Of a stretch of 64,000 nucleotides of DNA, positions 38,263 to 47,118 are shown in pieces. How positions within the stretch are numbered: the first letter of the stretch is position 1; each line of letters begins with the position of its first letter. The DNA is taken from contig CAZMZE010000003.1 in NCBI GenBank assembly GCA_964570875.1, forward strand, positions 11,975-75,974, read 5' to 3'. Both the position numbers and the translations under genes were made by a program. The stretch comes from an uncultured Dehalococcoidia bacterium (GTDB lineage Bacteria > Chloroflexota > Dehalococcoidia > Lucifugimonadales > CATQGZ01). The notes under the pieces are model-generated. The model worked only from the letters and a program-made list of their open reading frames with translations. It was not told the origin of the DNA and did no database searches.

Positions 38263-39191
38263 CTAGTCAACCCTCTTGCTCTGTTATCGACTGTTGACAA
38301 GCAAGTATTTATAAAATCGTTTATTGGTGTCTTAATATAGTGTTTGAGTCCCTCTTTAACAACAGCCCCATTTAATACAGAAACCTCCAAAGGCTTGCCT
38401 GCTATCATGTCTAGGTACATAGAAGATGTCAACGTTTCTCTATTTTGATACATATTCTCGATTGTTCGGTCTACAATATCTGGGTCGAAATTAATCCCTC
38501 TGGCCAATCCGACTTCCTTCACTTCAGCTAAAATACCCCGGAGCATTTCCAAGCTATCAGTATTCTCCAGTACATGTTTGATAGGGCCTTGAGTAATACA
38601 AGACATGCCGCTTAATCCGCAAATATATAGCAATTTAGTCCACAGAGAATCGTTTATATTTACAGAAATTTCTGCATCAATACCAGATTCCAAAAACATC
38701 TCCTCAATGGATTTGGTTCTAGTGGTTTCATGATTTGACTCTTCTCCAAAAACTGTTTTGAAAGATTCACCCTGCTCAGCTACTATCCCGGGTGAATCAA
38801 CCCAACCATCGATATATGTGGCGCCAAGAACAACTTTGCTTCCACCAAAATTATTAGCCAAATCATTCCCCGAACCAATTCCATTCTGCAGAGTCAATAT
38901 GTTAGTTCCCTCAGCAATTGCCGGTGCCATATCAACCATAGCTCTGGGATTATGGTAGCTTTTCACACAAAAAAGCACCAAATCAGCTTTCCAGTCGGTG
39001 TTGAGTTTATCTGAAGCTTCAGGATATACAGTAAAAGTCCCTGAATTTTCACTCTTGAGAGATAGACCTTTCTCTCGGATTGCTGCAAGGTGAGTCCCTC
39101 TCGCCAAAATTCGCACCTCATTATGGCCTTTTGATAAAACTGCACCATAGTAGCCACCGACACCACCTGCACCAACAACAAGGATTTTCAT
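38259..39191 (-). CDS. 2-dehydropantoate 2-reductase family (PanE/ApbA-like) oxidoreductase
   Basis: MKILVVGAGGVGGYYG Rossmann N-terminus. The ATG at 39191 sits just downstream of GGAGGA. The track start at 39287 adds 32 unlikely residues. Confidence 0.85.
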   Translation of the reverse strand: MKILVVGAGGVGGYYGAVLSKGHNEVRILARGTHLAAIREKGLSLKSENSGTFTVYPEASDKLNTDWKADLVLFCVKSYHNPRAMVDMAPAIAEGTNILTLQNGIGSGNDLANNFGGSKVVLGATYIDGWVDSPGIVAEQGESFKTVFGEESNHETTRTKSIEEMFLESGIDAEISVNINDSLWTKLLYICGLSGMSCITQGPIKHVLENTDSLEMLRGILAEVKEVGLARGINFDPDIVDRTIENMYQNRETLTSSMYLDMIAGKPLEVSVLNGAVVKEGLKHYIKTPINDFINTCLSTVDNRARGLTS

Positions 39192-39410
39192 ATATTCCTC
39201 CACAAAACTATTTTCGAATTGGTAAATATTAGACTCAGTTTCAAATCTATTCAACTTACCATGCTGTATATATCCAAGCCTTTGCATTTCCCAGCTGTGT
39301 CATGTTAGCTTAAACTATCTGCTCTTTGAAAATGTAATATTTCAACATAGTTTGAGGTTTTAACTTCGTAATCAACGGCGTTGTATGTCCTGAGTACAAA
39401 AATATGCACC

Positions 39411-39438
39411 TTGACACCATAAAGTTCCCTCATACAAT
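39411..39438 (+). promoter_or_regulatory. sigma70-type promoter TTGACA-N16-TACAAT for the M20 peptidase gene
   Basis: TTGACA at 39411-39416 and TACAAT at 39433-39438. GGAG and the ATG (39467) follow about 20-30 nt downstream. Confidence 0.45.
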
Positions 39439-39466
39439 AAATTCTATACAGTATTTGGAGTAATTT

Positions 39467-40549
39467 ATGATAAATCGTGAACGTCTCATAAAAACATTCT
39501 GTGACCTCGTACAGATCGATAGTCCGTCTTATGAAGAATCAGAAATCACAAAAGAACTGATCAACCGGCTTGAACAACTAGATCTCGTGACAGAACTGGA
39601 TTCGTACGGTAACTTGATTGCTAAAAAGGAAGGGCGCGGAAACGAGTCGATTATATTATCTGCCCATATGGATACCGTGGAGCCGGGTCGTGGTATTAAG
39701 CCTTTGGTTAAACAAGACCGAATAGAATCTGACGGGACTACTATACTGGGTGGAGACTGCAAATGCGGATTATCAGCAATACTTGAAGCTTTAGAGTCAA
39801 TTCAGGAAGATTCAAGTAATCACATCCCCATTGAAGTGGTCCTGACTCGGTCAGAAGAGACGGGGCTACAGGGCGCACGCAATCTCGATTATTCCAAGAT
39901 CAATTCCAAACAGGCCATAGTTTTTGATGGCGAAGGTGCTCCTAGCCGTATAACACTGGCAGCACCTAAATACATCGGTTTTGAGATTGAAGTCACTGGA
40001 CGTGCGGCACACGCAGGTTTCGAACCGGAGAAAGGCTTGTCCTCCATAAAAATAGCAAGTGAGATTATTGCCAGACTACCTCAAGGAAGGCTAGACTCAG
40101 AATCCACATTCAACACTGGTACTATAGAAGGCGGTTCAGTAAGAAATGCTGTACCCGAACAGACGATCTTGACAGGAGAGTTCAGGAGCATCAACATCGA
40201 AACCATGGATAATATGCAAGTTCAGATGGCTGATGCCATTAGTGAAGTTAGGTCTTTATTCCCTGAAGCTGAAATATCTGAACATTTTGAAACTGAATTT
40301 GAATCATATTCTCTTAATGAAGAAGATCCAGCAGTTCAGAGAGTGGTTCAAGCTTTGAATAAAATTGGGATGCAACCAACAATGGGCAAATCCGGAGGCG
40401 GATCTGATGGTAATATCTTCCGCCAGCGTGGAATACAGTCGGTTGTAGTAGGGATGGGGGATCACGGCATGCACACAGTTAGAGAATTCGTGACGATATC
40501 AGATTTGGTGGATGCTGCTCATTTGTGTGAAGAAATTATCAGGGATTAG
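39467..40549 (+). CDS. M20-family metallopeptidase (peptidase T-like)
   Basis: 360 aa with LSAHMDTVEPG, the catalytic SEETGLQGA and dimerisation-domain-type central region, and a C-terminal HTVRE. Confidence 0.85.
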   Translation: MINRERLIKTFCDLVQIDSPSYEESEITKELINRLEQLDLVTELDSYGNLIAKKEGRGNESIILSAHMDTVEPGRGIKPLVKQDRIESDGTTILGGDCKCGLSAILEALESIQEDSSNHIPIEVVLTRSEETGLQGARNLDYSKINSKQAIVFDGEGAPSRITLAAPKYIGFEIEVTGRAAHAGFEPEKGLSSIKIASEIIARLPQGRLDSESTFNTGTIEGGSVRNAVPEQTILTGEFRSINIETMDNMQVQMADAISEVRSLFPEAEISEHFETEFESYSLNEEDPAVQRVVQALNKIGMQPTMGKSGGGSDGNIFRQRGIQSVVVGMGDHGMHTVREFVTISDLVDAAHLCEEIIRD

Positions 40550-40663
40550 AAGAGTCATTATCTATTAAACATCATTGTCAAAGCCAGAGATTTTACACTT
40601 GATTATAAAACTGAATTGTGGCGTCTGCCTGATATCAATTGTACCGTACAGAAACATATTTAT

Positions 40664-41929
40664 ATGAAGACTGAACTTGCATATGGTAAGAGTGGCTTAT
40701 TGGTTGATCTTCCTGATAATGCTACAACCATAATTGAGCCTAAATTTATACCCGGGTTACCAGACACCGAGGGAGCTGTGCGTTCAGCTCTCAGAAATCC
40801 TATCGGCACAGCTCCACTTCGCCACTTGGTGACTCCTAGCAATACTATTGCAATTTCAGTTTGTGACATAACAAGACCCATACCCACATTCAAAATATTA
40901 TCTGTTTTATTGAAAGAGTTGCAGCACGTACCACCAGAACAAATTGTGATACTAGTGGCAACTGGAACACATCGCAGTAACACAATTGAAGAATTAAATT
41001 TGATGCTAGGCGCGGATATCGTAAGTGAATTCCAAGTAATAAATCATGATGCTTTCAATGAGGCCAATACAAAGTATGTTGGTAGAACACAAGATGGAAT
41101 ACCTATATGGCTTAACAGTTATTGGCTAGATGCCCAAATCAGGATTACTTTGGGATTTGCTGAACCACATTTTTTCGCTGGGTTCAGTGGTGGTCCGAAG
41201 ATGGTTGCTCCAGGTTTAGCTGGTATAGATACCATCATGGAGCTACATAGCCCAAAATTGATTGGTAACCCCAACTCCATATGGGGAAGAACATCGGATA
41301 ACCCAATTCACCAATCAATTAGAGAAATTACTGATTTAACTGGCGTATCTTTTGGCATAGACGTAACGATTAACCGTCTCCATCAAATCACTAGTGTGTA
41401 CGCTGGTGAAATTTTTGAAGAGCATGAGGCCGCTATGTCAGTTGCGAAAAGAACTGCTATGCAACCAGTGAAAAATAAATTCGACGTAGTAGTCACCACA
41501 AACAGCGGTTTCCCTTTGGACTTAAATTTGTACCAAACTGTTAAAGGACTATCAGCTGCAGCGCAAATAGTGAAAGATGGTGGTTCAATTATATGTGCGT
41601 CAGAATGTTCTGATGGTATTCCCGACCAAGGTGAATACGGGAAAATAATACAGGAATCAGAAAATATGGAACAACTCTCTAGCTTAGTAAATTGCCTGTC
41701 GTATAGACGACACGACCAATGGCAGGTTCAGCTTCAAGTGGCTATTCAGCAACAAGCCCAAGTATACCTGAAATCTGACTACTTGTCCGATCAACAAATA
41801 CATGCAGCTTACATGAAGCCGGTTTCTGACATAGGAATCAAGGTTAGAGAACTGTTGAGTATATACGGTCCAAGTTCCGAAGTATGCGTACTTCCACAAG
41901 GACCGCAAACAATCCCTTTTGTGGCCTGA
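40664..41929 (+). CDS. larA: LarA-family nickel-pincer-nucleotide-dependent 2-hydroxyacid racemase/epimerase
   Basis: Motifs CDITRPIP, ATGTHRSNT and GFAEPHFFAGFSGGPKMVAPG match the conserved LarA cofactor-binding His/Lys motifs as I recall them. The ATG at 40664 gives the usual N-terminus. Confidence 0.85.
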   Translation: MKTELAYGKSGLLVDLPDNATTIIEPKFIPGLPDTEGAVRSALRNPIGTAPLRHLVTPSNTIAISVCDITRPIPTFKILSVLLKELQHVPPEQIVILVATGTHRSNTIEELNLMLGADIVSEFQVINHDAFNEANTKYVGRTQDGIPIWLNSYWLDAQIRITLGFAEPHFFAGFSGGPKMVAPGLAGIDTIMELHSPKLIGNPNSIWGRTSDNPIHQSIREITDLTGVSFGIDVTINRLHQITSVYAGEIFEEHEAAMSVAKRTAMQPVKNKFDVVVTTNSGFPLDLNLYQTVKGLSAAAQIVKDGGSIICASECSDGIPDQGEYGKIIQESENMEQLSSLVNCLSYRRHDQWQVQLQVAIQQQAQVYLKSDYLSDQQIHAAYMKPVSDIGIKVRELLSIYGPSSEVCVLPQGPQTIPFVA

Positions 41930-42000
41930 CCACTCAAAACAATTCTAGATTACGGTCGACCTCATATTGCAAAGACTCGACATGAACTTCCAACGCAACT

Positions 42001-42390
42001 TTATTCTACAGAAACGGTTGCACCAGCTGCTTCAAGTTTCTCCTTAGCCTCGTCCGCATCAGATTTCCCGACACCTTCTTTGACTTTGGTCGGAGCACCT
42101 TCCACCAGCTCTTTAGCTTCTTTAAGTCCTAGAGTGGTCACCTCTCGTACCGCCTTAATAACCTGGATTTTGTTAGCTCCGACATCTTTCAGAGTAACGT
42201 CAAACTCTGTCTGTTCTTCTTCATCAGACCCGCCATCTGTTGAGCCTGACTGGGCTGGTGCTGCTGCTACCGCAACTGGAGCTGCTGCGCTGACTCCAAA
42301 CTCCTCTTCTAAAGCTTTAACCAACTCGGCTAAATCTAAAACCGATAGTTCTTTGATACCTTCCAAAATTTCTTCTTTGTTAATTGCCAT
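42001..42390 (-). CDS. rplL: 50S ribosomal protein L7/L12
   Basis: 129 aa with an Ala-rich hinge and the C-terminal [27 protein letters not shown]. Confidence 0.97.
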   Translation of the reverse strand: MAINKEEILEGIKELSVLDLAELVKALEEEFGVSAAAPVAVAAAPAQSGSTDGGSDEEEQTEFDVTLKDVGANKIQVIKAVREVTTLGLKEAKELVEGAPTKVKEGVGKSDADEAKEKLEAAGATVSVE

Positions 42391-42500
42391 CTACCAATTT
42401 CCTTCCACAACTATATTTATTGCTCAATAACTAAGTATTTCTATATTTTACCTATTCGCGAATGGTTCCCATCACTATCAAAGCAACTGTTCCTTGAAAA

Positions 42501-43037
42501 TTAGTCAGTATTTTCTTCTTTAGGCATGGACTCTATTCGCCTACTAAGAACACGCGCTAGGCCTTGAACCGGACCATTGAGCACGTATAGCAAACTCGTA
42601 ATTGGAGCATTGAGTTGGCCCAATAGACGTGACACCAATTCTTCCTTCGAAGGGAGGTCGGCCAATGCTTGAACCTGATCAGCCGTGAGTACGCTTTGCC
42701 CCATTACTGCTCCACGGATAATCAACGGTGAACGTGTTGATTTAACAAATTCAGACAAAATTTTAGCAGGAGCAAGAGGGTCATCATAGCCAAATGCTAT
42801 TCCAGTGGGCCCTGTTACTATTTCTTTAAACTCGGGTTTTGTAGAGTTATCGGCGGCTATGTGAGCCAACCTGTTTTTTATCACCCGATATTCAATTCCA
42901 TTCTCTCTTAAGGATCTCCTAAGTAGATTCATATCAGTAACGTTCAGACCCGTGTGGTCCGTTGATATAGCTATGGTGCACTTGTCAATCCATCCCTGGA
43001 TCGAGTTTACTTGATCTACCTTTTCTTGAGTTGGCAA
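42501..43037 (-). CDS. rplJ: 50S ribosomal protein L10
   Basis: 178 aa. Position between rplA and rplL. TTG start 4 nt after AGAGGTGA. Confidence 0.95.
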   Translation of the reverse strand: MPTQEKVDQVNSIQGWIDKCTIAISTDHTGLNVTDMNLLRRSLRENGIEYRVIKNRLAHIAADNSTKPEFKEIVTGPTGIAFGYDDPLAPAKILSEFVKSTRSPLIIRGAVMGQSVLTADQVQALADLPSKEELVSRLLGQLNAPITSLLYVLNGPVQGLARVLSRRIESMPKEENTD

Positions 43038-43054
43038 AAAATCACCTCTAAATT

Positions 43055-43083
43055 AAAAAAACCCCAGACCGCGAAGGTTGGGG
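43055..43083 (-). terminator. GC-rich hairpin plus U7 in the rplA-rplJ spacer (terminator or L10-leader attenuator)
   Basis: The minus strand reads CCCCAACC-TTCGC-GGTCTGGGG followed by TTTTTTT. It ends 17 nt upstream of the rplJ start codon. Confidence 0.5.
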
Positions 43084-43173
43084 CTGACTATCTACCTTAG
43101 TCACTCACACTACCTCGGCAGGCTTCAATTTAATCCATTACACAGGAACCTACTGTCTGCGGCTACATCTATA

Positions 43174-43887
43174 TCATTCTACCTTAAGTTCTACGGTACT
43201 TGCAATATTCATTGAAACACTTGGACCCATTGTTGAAGTAAGATAGGCTGACTTGATAAAATCTCCTTTGATTCCATTGGGCTTTGCCCTAATAATGTTA
43301 TCAATCAGTGCCGTAAGATTTTCTAACAGCTGTATCTCCTCAAAGCTAGCTTTCCCTATTGTTACGTGTATCAGAGCTGTGCGATCCAGCCTAAATTCTA
43401 CTCTACCTTTTTTGGCTTCTTCAATCGCATTTGACAAGGCATCTGGTTGAACAACTGTACCTGCTCTAGGGTTAGGCATCAATCCTTTGCGACCAAGAAT
43501 AGGTCCCAATTTACCTACCTTACCCATCATATCTGGAGTGGCTATAGTCACATCGAAGTCGGTCCATCCTCCCTGAATTTTTGTTATAAGCTCATCTCCA
43601 CCTACAAATTCAGCACCAGCTTTTTCCGCCACTGAAATACCTTCACCTTGAGTTAAAACTAAAACACGAGGCTCTTTACCAATGCCATGAGGAAGAACCG
43701 TCACTCCTCTGACCATCTGATCCGATTGTTTTGGATCAGCCCCAGTTCTTAAGTGAAGCTCGACAGTTTCATCAAATTTCGCTGTTGCAGTTCGCTTTGC
43801 CAAAGCCACTGCTTCTGAAGGCTCATACTGCCTATCCTCATCCAATTCAGCTACAGAACTCACATACCTTTTTCCACGATTAGTCAT
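43174..43887 (-). CDS. rplA: 50S ribosomal protein L1
   Basis: 237 aa. Typical L1 sequence (FDETVELHLRTGADPKQSDQMVRG). Confidence 0.97.
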   Translation of the reverse strand: MTNRGKRYVSSVAELDEDRQYEPSEAVALAKRTATAKFDETVELHLRTGADPKQSDQMVRGVTVLPHGIGKEPRVLVLTQGEGISVAEKAGAEFVGGDELITKIQGGWTDFDVTIATPDMMGKVGKLGPILGRKGLMPNPRAGTVVQPDALSNAIEEAKKGRVEFRLDRTALIHVTIGKASFEEIQLLENLTALIDNIIRAKPNGIKGDFIKSAYLTSTMGPSVSMNIASTVELKVE

Positions 43888-43906
43888 ATTATTTACCTTT
43901 AGATAT

Positions 43907-44329
43907 CTACTCTACAACAATACCCATACTCCGAGCTGTGCCCTCTACTATCCTCATGGCCCCCTCCACATCAGCAGCATTCAAGTCTTGGAGCTTCGTT
44001 TCAGCAATTTTGCGGACTGCATCTGATGTTACAGTGCCAACCTTTTCAGCCCTCGGGCTACCACTTCCTTTATCAATTCCCGCAGCTTTACGCAAAAGGT
44101 CAGATGCTGGCGGGCTCTTGATTATAAACGAAAAAGAACGATCCTCGAAAATAGTTAGTTCAGCCGGTACAATTGTCCCTGTTTGTGAAGACGTTCGTTC
44201 ATTATATTCTTTTACAAAAGACATAATATTGACGCCATATTGCCCCAAAGCTGGACCCACAGGCCATGCAGGAGTCGCTTTACCTGCCTCTATCTGAAGC
44301 TTAAGGGTAGCCATTACCTTCTTTGCCAT
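43907..44329 (-). CDS. rplK: 50S ribosomal protein L11
   Basis: 140 aa. [29 protein letters not shown] is the L11 N-terminal signature. Confidence 0.97.
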   Translation of the reverse strand: MAKKVMATLKLQIEAGKATPAWPVGPALGQYGVNIMSFVKEYNERTSSQTGTIVPAELTIFEDRSFSFIIKSPPASDLLRKAAGIDKGSGSPRAEKVGTVTSDAVRKIAETKLQDLNAADVEGAMRIVEGTARSMGIVVE

Positions 44330-44344
44330 TTTTAACCTTCCCGC

Positions 44345-44899
44345 CTAAACATTCTCCACCTGAAGAAAATCCAATTCTACAGGAGTTTCTCTGCCGAAAA
44401 ACGAAACCAACACTTTCAATTTGGAACGGTCTGCATAAACTTCATCTACAAATCCCATGAAATCAACAAACGGGCCATCAATTATCCTTATATTTTGACC
44501 TCTAGTATACCCAACCCTGACTTTTGGCTGATCAGATGCAATGTTGGCCAAAATAGTGTCCACTTCATGCTGTTCTAATGGTACGGGTTTGGGTCGAGAA
44601 TCCGCATCACCCTCTGAAGAAACGAAGGCGGTGACACCAGGGGTATTTCTCACTAGATACCAAGTCTCATCATCCATAACCATTTGGACGAGTATGTAAC
44701 CAGGGAACACTTTACGCGCAGTCGAAGTCCTACGGCCCCCTTTAATCTCCACCTGCTCTTCAGTAGGTATGACCACTTGGAGGACTTTGTCTTGGGCGTC
44801 CATGGTAGCTACGCGCTGGTCAAGGTTATTCTTAACTCTTTCTTCATGACCAGAATACGCATGAATTATGTACCAACGTGCTTCTGTCTCAGTACTCAT
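44345..44899 (-). CDS. nusG: transcription termination/antitermination factor NusG
   Basis: 184 aa with an NGN domain (WYIIHAYSGHEERV) and a KOW motif (IRIIDGPFVDFMGFVDEV). Confidence 0.96.
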   Translation of the reverse strand: MSTETEARWYIIHAYSGHEERVKNNLDQRVATMDAQDKVLQVVIPTEEQVEIKGGRRTSTARKVFPGYILVQMVMDDETWYLVRNTPGVTAFVSSEGDADSRPKPVPLEQHEVDTILANIASDQPKVRVGYTRGQNIRIIDGPFVDFMGFVDEVYADRSKLKVLVSFFGRETPVELDFLQVENV

Positions 44900-44916
44900 T
44901 TAAATCTATTTCTCTT

Positions 44917-45150
44917 CTAGCCCAGTATTTGACCCAAAATCTTGGCAAACAAAATATCTATTACACCCAAGAACGCACCTATTACAGCCGAGACGGCTAT
45001 AACCATAATCGTGAGCCTAATCGTTTCATCTCTTGTGGGCCAAGTCACCCTGCGTAATTCAGATACAGTCTCCGCTACCATACGAAAACTGAATCCCCGC
45101 CCACCGCTATCCGGACCGACTCGCCTAGGAACGCCTTGACTACTCGACAT
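44917..45150 (-). CDS. secE: preprotein translocase subunit SecE
   Basis: 77 aa. ELRRVTWPTRDE followed by a single TM helix. Position between rpmG and nusG. Confidence 0.85.
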   Translation of the reverse strand: MSSSQGVPRRVGPDSGGRGFSFRMVAETVSELRRVTWPTRDETIRLTIMVIAVSAVIGAFLGVIDILFAKILGQILG

Positions 45151-45156
45151 TAAGCC

Positions 45157-45324
45157 CTACCTAACCTCTCGATGTAGAGTATGGGAATCACACCTTGGAC
45201 AATATTTCTTCAGCTCCAGTCGCTGCGGATCATTACGACGACTCTTATTAGTATTATAAGTGCGTTCTTTGCAATCTTGGCAGGACATTGTTGCCAATAT
45301 TCTGTTTTCGCCTCTTCTAGCCAT
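45157..45324 (-). CDS. rpmG: 50S ribosomal protein L33 (zinc-ribbon C+ form)
   Basis: Below the ORF-track size cut-off. My translation is [55 protein letters not shown], with CxxC...CxxC present. Position between tuf and secE. Confidence 0.9.
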   Translation of the reverse strand: MARRGENRILATMSCQDCKERTYNTNKSRRNDPQRLELKKYCPRCDSHTLHREVR

Positions 45325-45331
45325 GCTTACC

Positions 45332-46531
45332 CTACGTCAGAACTTTCGTTATTACACCCGAACCCACGGTCCGACCACCTTCTCTGACGGCAAAACGCAA
45401 CTGGTCTTCCATGGCCACTGGCATAATCAATTTGATCTTCATTTCTATATTGTCTCCAGGCATTACCATCTCTACTCCATCTGGGAGTTCGATTTCTCCG
45501 GTAACATCCGTCGTCCTGATATAAAACTGCGGTTTGTATCCATTGAAGAATGGCGTGTGCCTTCCTCCTTCATCTTTACTCAACACATATACCTGTGCAT
45601 TGGCCTCTGTATGGGGAGTGATGCTACCTGGTTCAGATAACACCTGACCACGCTCAATCCCTTCTCTGTCTATTCCCCTCAGCAGAAGCCCGACGGCATC
45701 GCCAGGCTCTCCTTCATCGAGCGTCTTATGGAACATTTCCACACCAGTGACGGTAGTCTTAGAAGTATCCTTAATTCCTACAATCTCTATCTCTTGACCA
45801 ACATTTACCATGCCTCTTTCAACACGACCAGTTACGACCGTACCTCTACCCTTAATGCCGAAAACGTCCTCAACTGGCATCAAGAAAGGTTGATCCTTAG
45901 GCCGATCTGGTATCGGTATATAAGAATCCACAGCATCCATAAGTTCCCATATACCTTTTGACCATTCGCCGTCTCGAGATGTGTCCTCAGCTTCTAATGC
46001 ATTTAAGGCACTAACTCTTACTATGGGGATATCGTCTCCTGGGAAATCGTACTCTGAGAGGAGTTCTCGCAATTCTAACTCAACAAGCTCCAAAAGTTCC
46101 TCATCGTCCATAGCATCAACCTTGTTGAGTGCAATGACCAATTTTGGAACTTCTACCTGCCTTGCAAGCAAAATATGTTCTCTTGTCTGCGGCATTGGGC
46201 CATCTGGAGCACTCACTACCAAAATAGCACCATCCATTTGGGCAGCACCCGTGATCATGTTTTTAATGTAATCAGCATGACCAGGACAATCCACATGCGC
46301 ATAATGACGGCCGTCAGTCTCATACTCTATATGGTTAATGGCTATCGTCACACCACGAGCTTTTTCTTCAGGAGCATTATCTATACTATCGAAGGGCCTG
46401 TAATCTGCCATACCGTTCTCAGAGAGAACCCTTGTAATCGCCGAAGTCAAAGTTGTTTTGCCATGATCGACGTGTCCAATAGTGCCGACATTTACATGTG
46501 GCTTAGTTCTCTCAAATTTTTGTTTTGCCAT
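45332..46531 (-). CDS. tuf: elongation factor Tu
   Basis: [18 protein letters not shown] and NKVD motifs, full length. The ATG at 46531 is preceded by AAGGAGAGG; the track start is one TTG codon upstream. Confidence 0.98.
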   Translation of the reverse strand: MAKQKFERTKPHVNVGTIGHVDHGKTTLTSAITRVLSENGMADYRPFDSIDNAPEEKARGVTIAINHIEYETDGRHYAHVDCPGHADYIKNMITGAAQMDGAILVVSAPDGPMPQTREHILLARQVEVPKLVIALNKVDAMDDEELLELVELELRELLSEYDFPGDDIPIVRVSALNALEAEDTSRDGEWSKGIWELMDAVDSYIPIPDRPKDQPFLMPVEDVFGIKGRGTVVTGRVERGMVNVGQEIEIVGIKDTSKTTVTGVEMFHKTLDEGEPGDAVGLLLRGIDREGIERGQVLSEPGSITPHTEANAQVYVLSKDEGGRHTPFFNGYKPQFYIRTTDVTGEIELPDGVEMVMPGDNIEMKIKLIMPVAMEDQLRFAVREGGRTVGSGVITKVLT

Positions 46532-46553
46532 CAACCTCTCCTTAAATTTACTT

Positions 46554-46629
46554 TGGAGCCCACAAGCAGACTCGAACTGCTGACCTCGTTCTTACCAAGA
46601 ACGTGCTCTGCCTACTGAGCTAAGTGGGC
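46554..46629 (-). tRNA. tRNA-Thr (anticodon GGU), CCA encoded
   Basis: The minus strand reads GCCCACTTAGCTCAGTAGGCAGAGCACGTTCTTGGTAAGAACGAGGTCAGCAGTTCGAGTCTGCTTGTGGGCTCCA. Cloverleaf folded by hand; anticodon loop TTGGTAA. Confidence 0.9.
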
Positions 46630-46680
46630 CCGCATCCGCTCGCCAGTTCCATTTATTAATAGTTTTTCTTCCACATATTG

Positions 46681-46768
46681 TGGTGGAGGGGGCAGGATTC
46701 GAACCTGCGTAGCCCTTCCGGGCGCCAGATTTACAGTCTGGTGGTATTAACCACTCACCCACCCCTCC
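46681..46768 (-). tRNA. tRNA-Tyr (anticodon GUA), long variable arm, CCA encoded
   Basis: The minus strand reads GGAGGGGTGGGTGAGTGG...CCAGACTGTAAATCTGG...GGTTCGAATCCTGCCCCCTCCACCA. Anticodon loop CTGTAAA. Confidence 0.92.
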
Positions 46769-46875
46769 TGACAATAACGCGAGTGATTTTAACACAGACC
46801 GACTACCTATCCAATCTATTTTTACTGCTTAAACAACTCCATATATTGGCACAGAAACTGTCAGCCAGTCAGATA

Positions 46876-46948
46876 AGCCCCAGAGGGGACTCGAACCCAC
46901 TAACCTGTCGATTACAAATCGACTGCGCTACCGTTGCGCCACTGGGGC
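46876..46948 (-). tRNA. tRNA-Thr (anticodon UGU), no encoded CCA
   Basis: The minus strand reads GCCCCAGTGGCGCAACGGTAGCGCAGTCGATTTGTAATCGACAGGTTAGTGGGTTCGAGTCCCCTCTGGGGCT. Anticodon loop TTTGTAA. One U-C mismatch in the T stem. Confidence 0.85.
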
Positions 46949-47015
46949 ACTTGTCCAAACTAATCACTGACGACTGAGAAACTCCACTAATTCCACAAAA
47001 TATGGTCAATCCAAG

Positions 47016-47056
47016 CACAAAAACAGGCTAGCAGTCCTAAGACTATATGCTAGCCC
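47016..47056 (-). terminator. intrinsic terminator downstream of larC
   Basis: An 8-bp stem (GGCTAGCA / TGCTAGCC, 47026-47033 and 47048-47055) is followed on the minus strand by TGTTTTTGT, 63 nt after the larC stop. Confidence 0.45.
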
Positions 47057-47118
47057 ATCGTCCATAACATGATACCCAAGGAAGTATCGTTGGGTCAAGC
47101 TTCATTCAGACAGTTTGT

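Noticed and set aside
45181-46618. Plus-strand ORFs of 68, 126, 77, 96 and 147 aa
   Set aside because: They are antisense to rpmG and tuf, whose translations are unambiguous. The antisense products are low-complexity.
46592-46977. ORFs 46592-46795 (-) and 46678-46977 (+)
   Set aside because: They are built from tRNA-Thr/Tyr/Thr sequences and their spacers. The tRNA cloverleaves explain the region.
46554-47118. tRNA cluster as a possible integration hotspot or genomic-island border
   Set aside because: There is no integrase, no direct repeat of a tRNA 3' end, and no compositional shift visible by eye on either side. The flanking genes (tuf, larC) look native.
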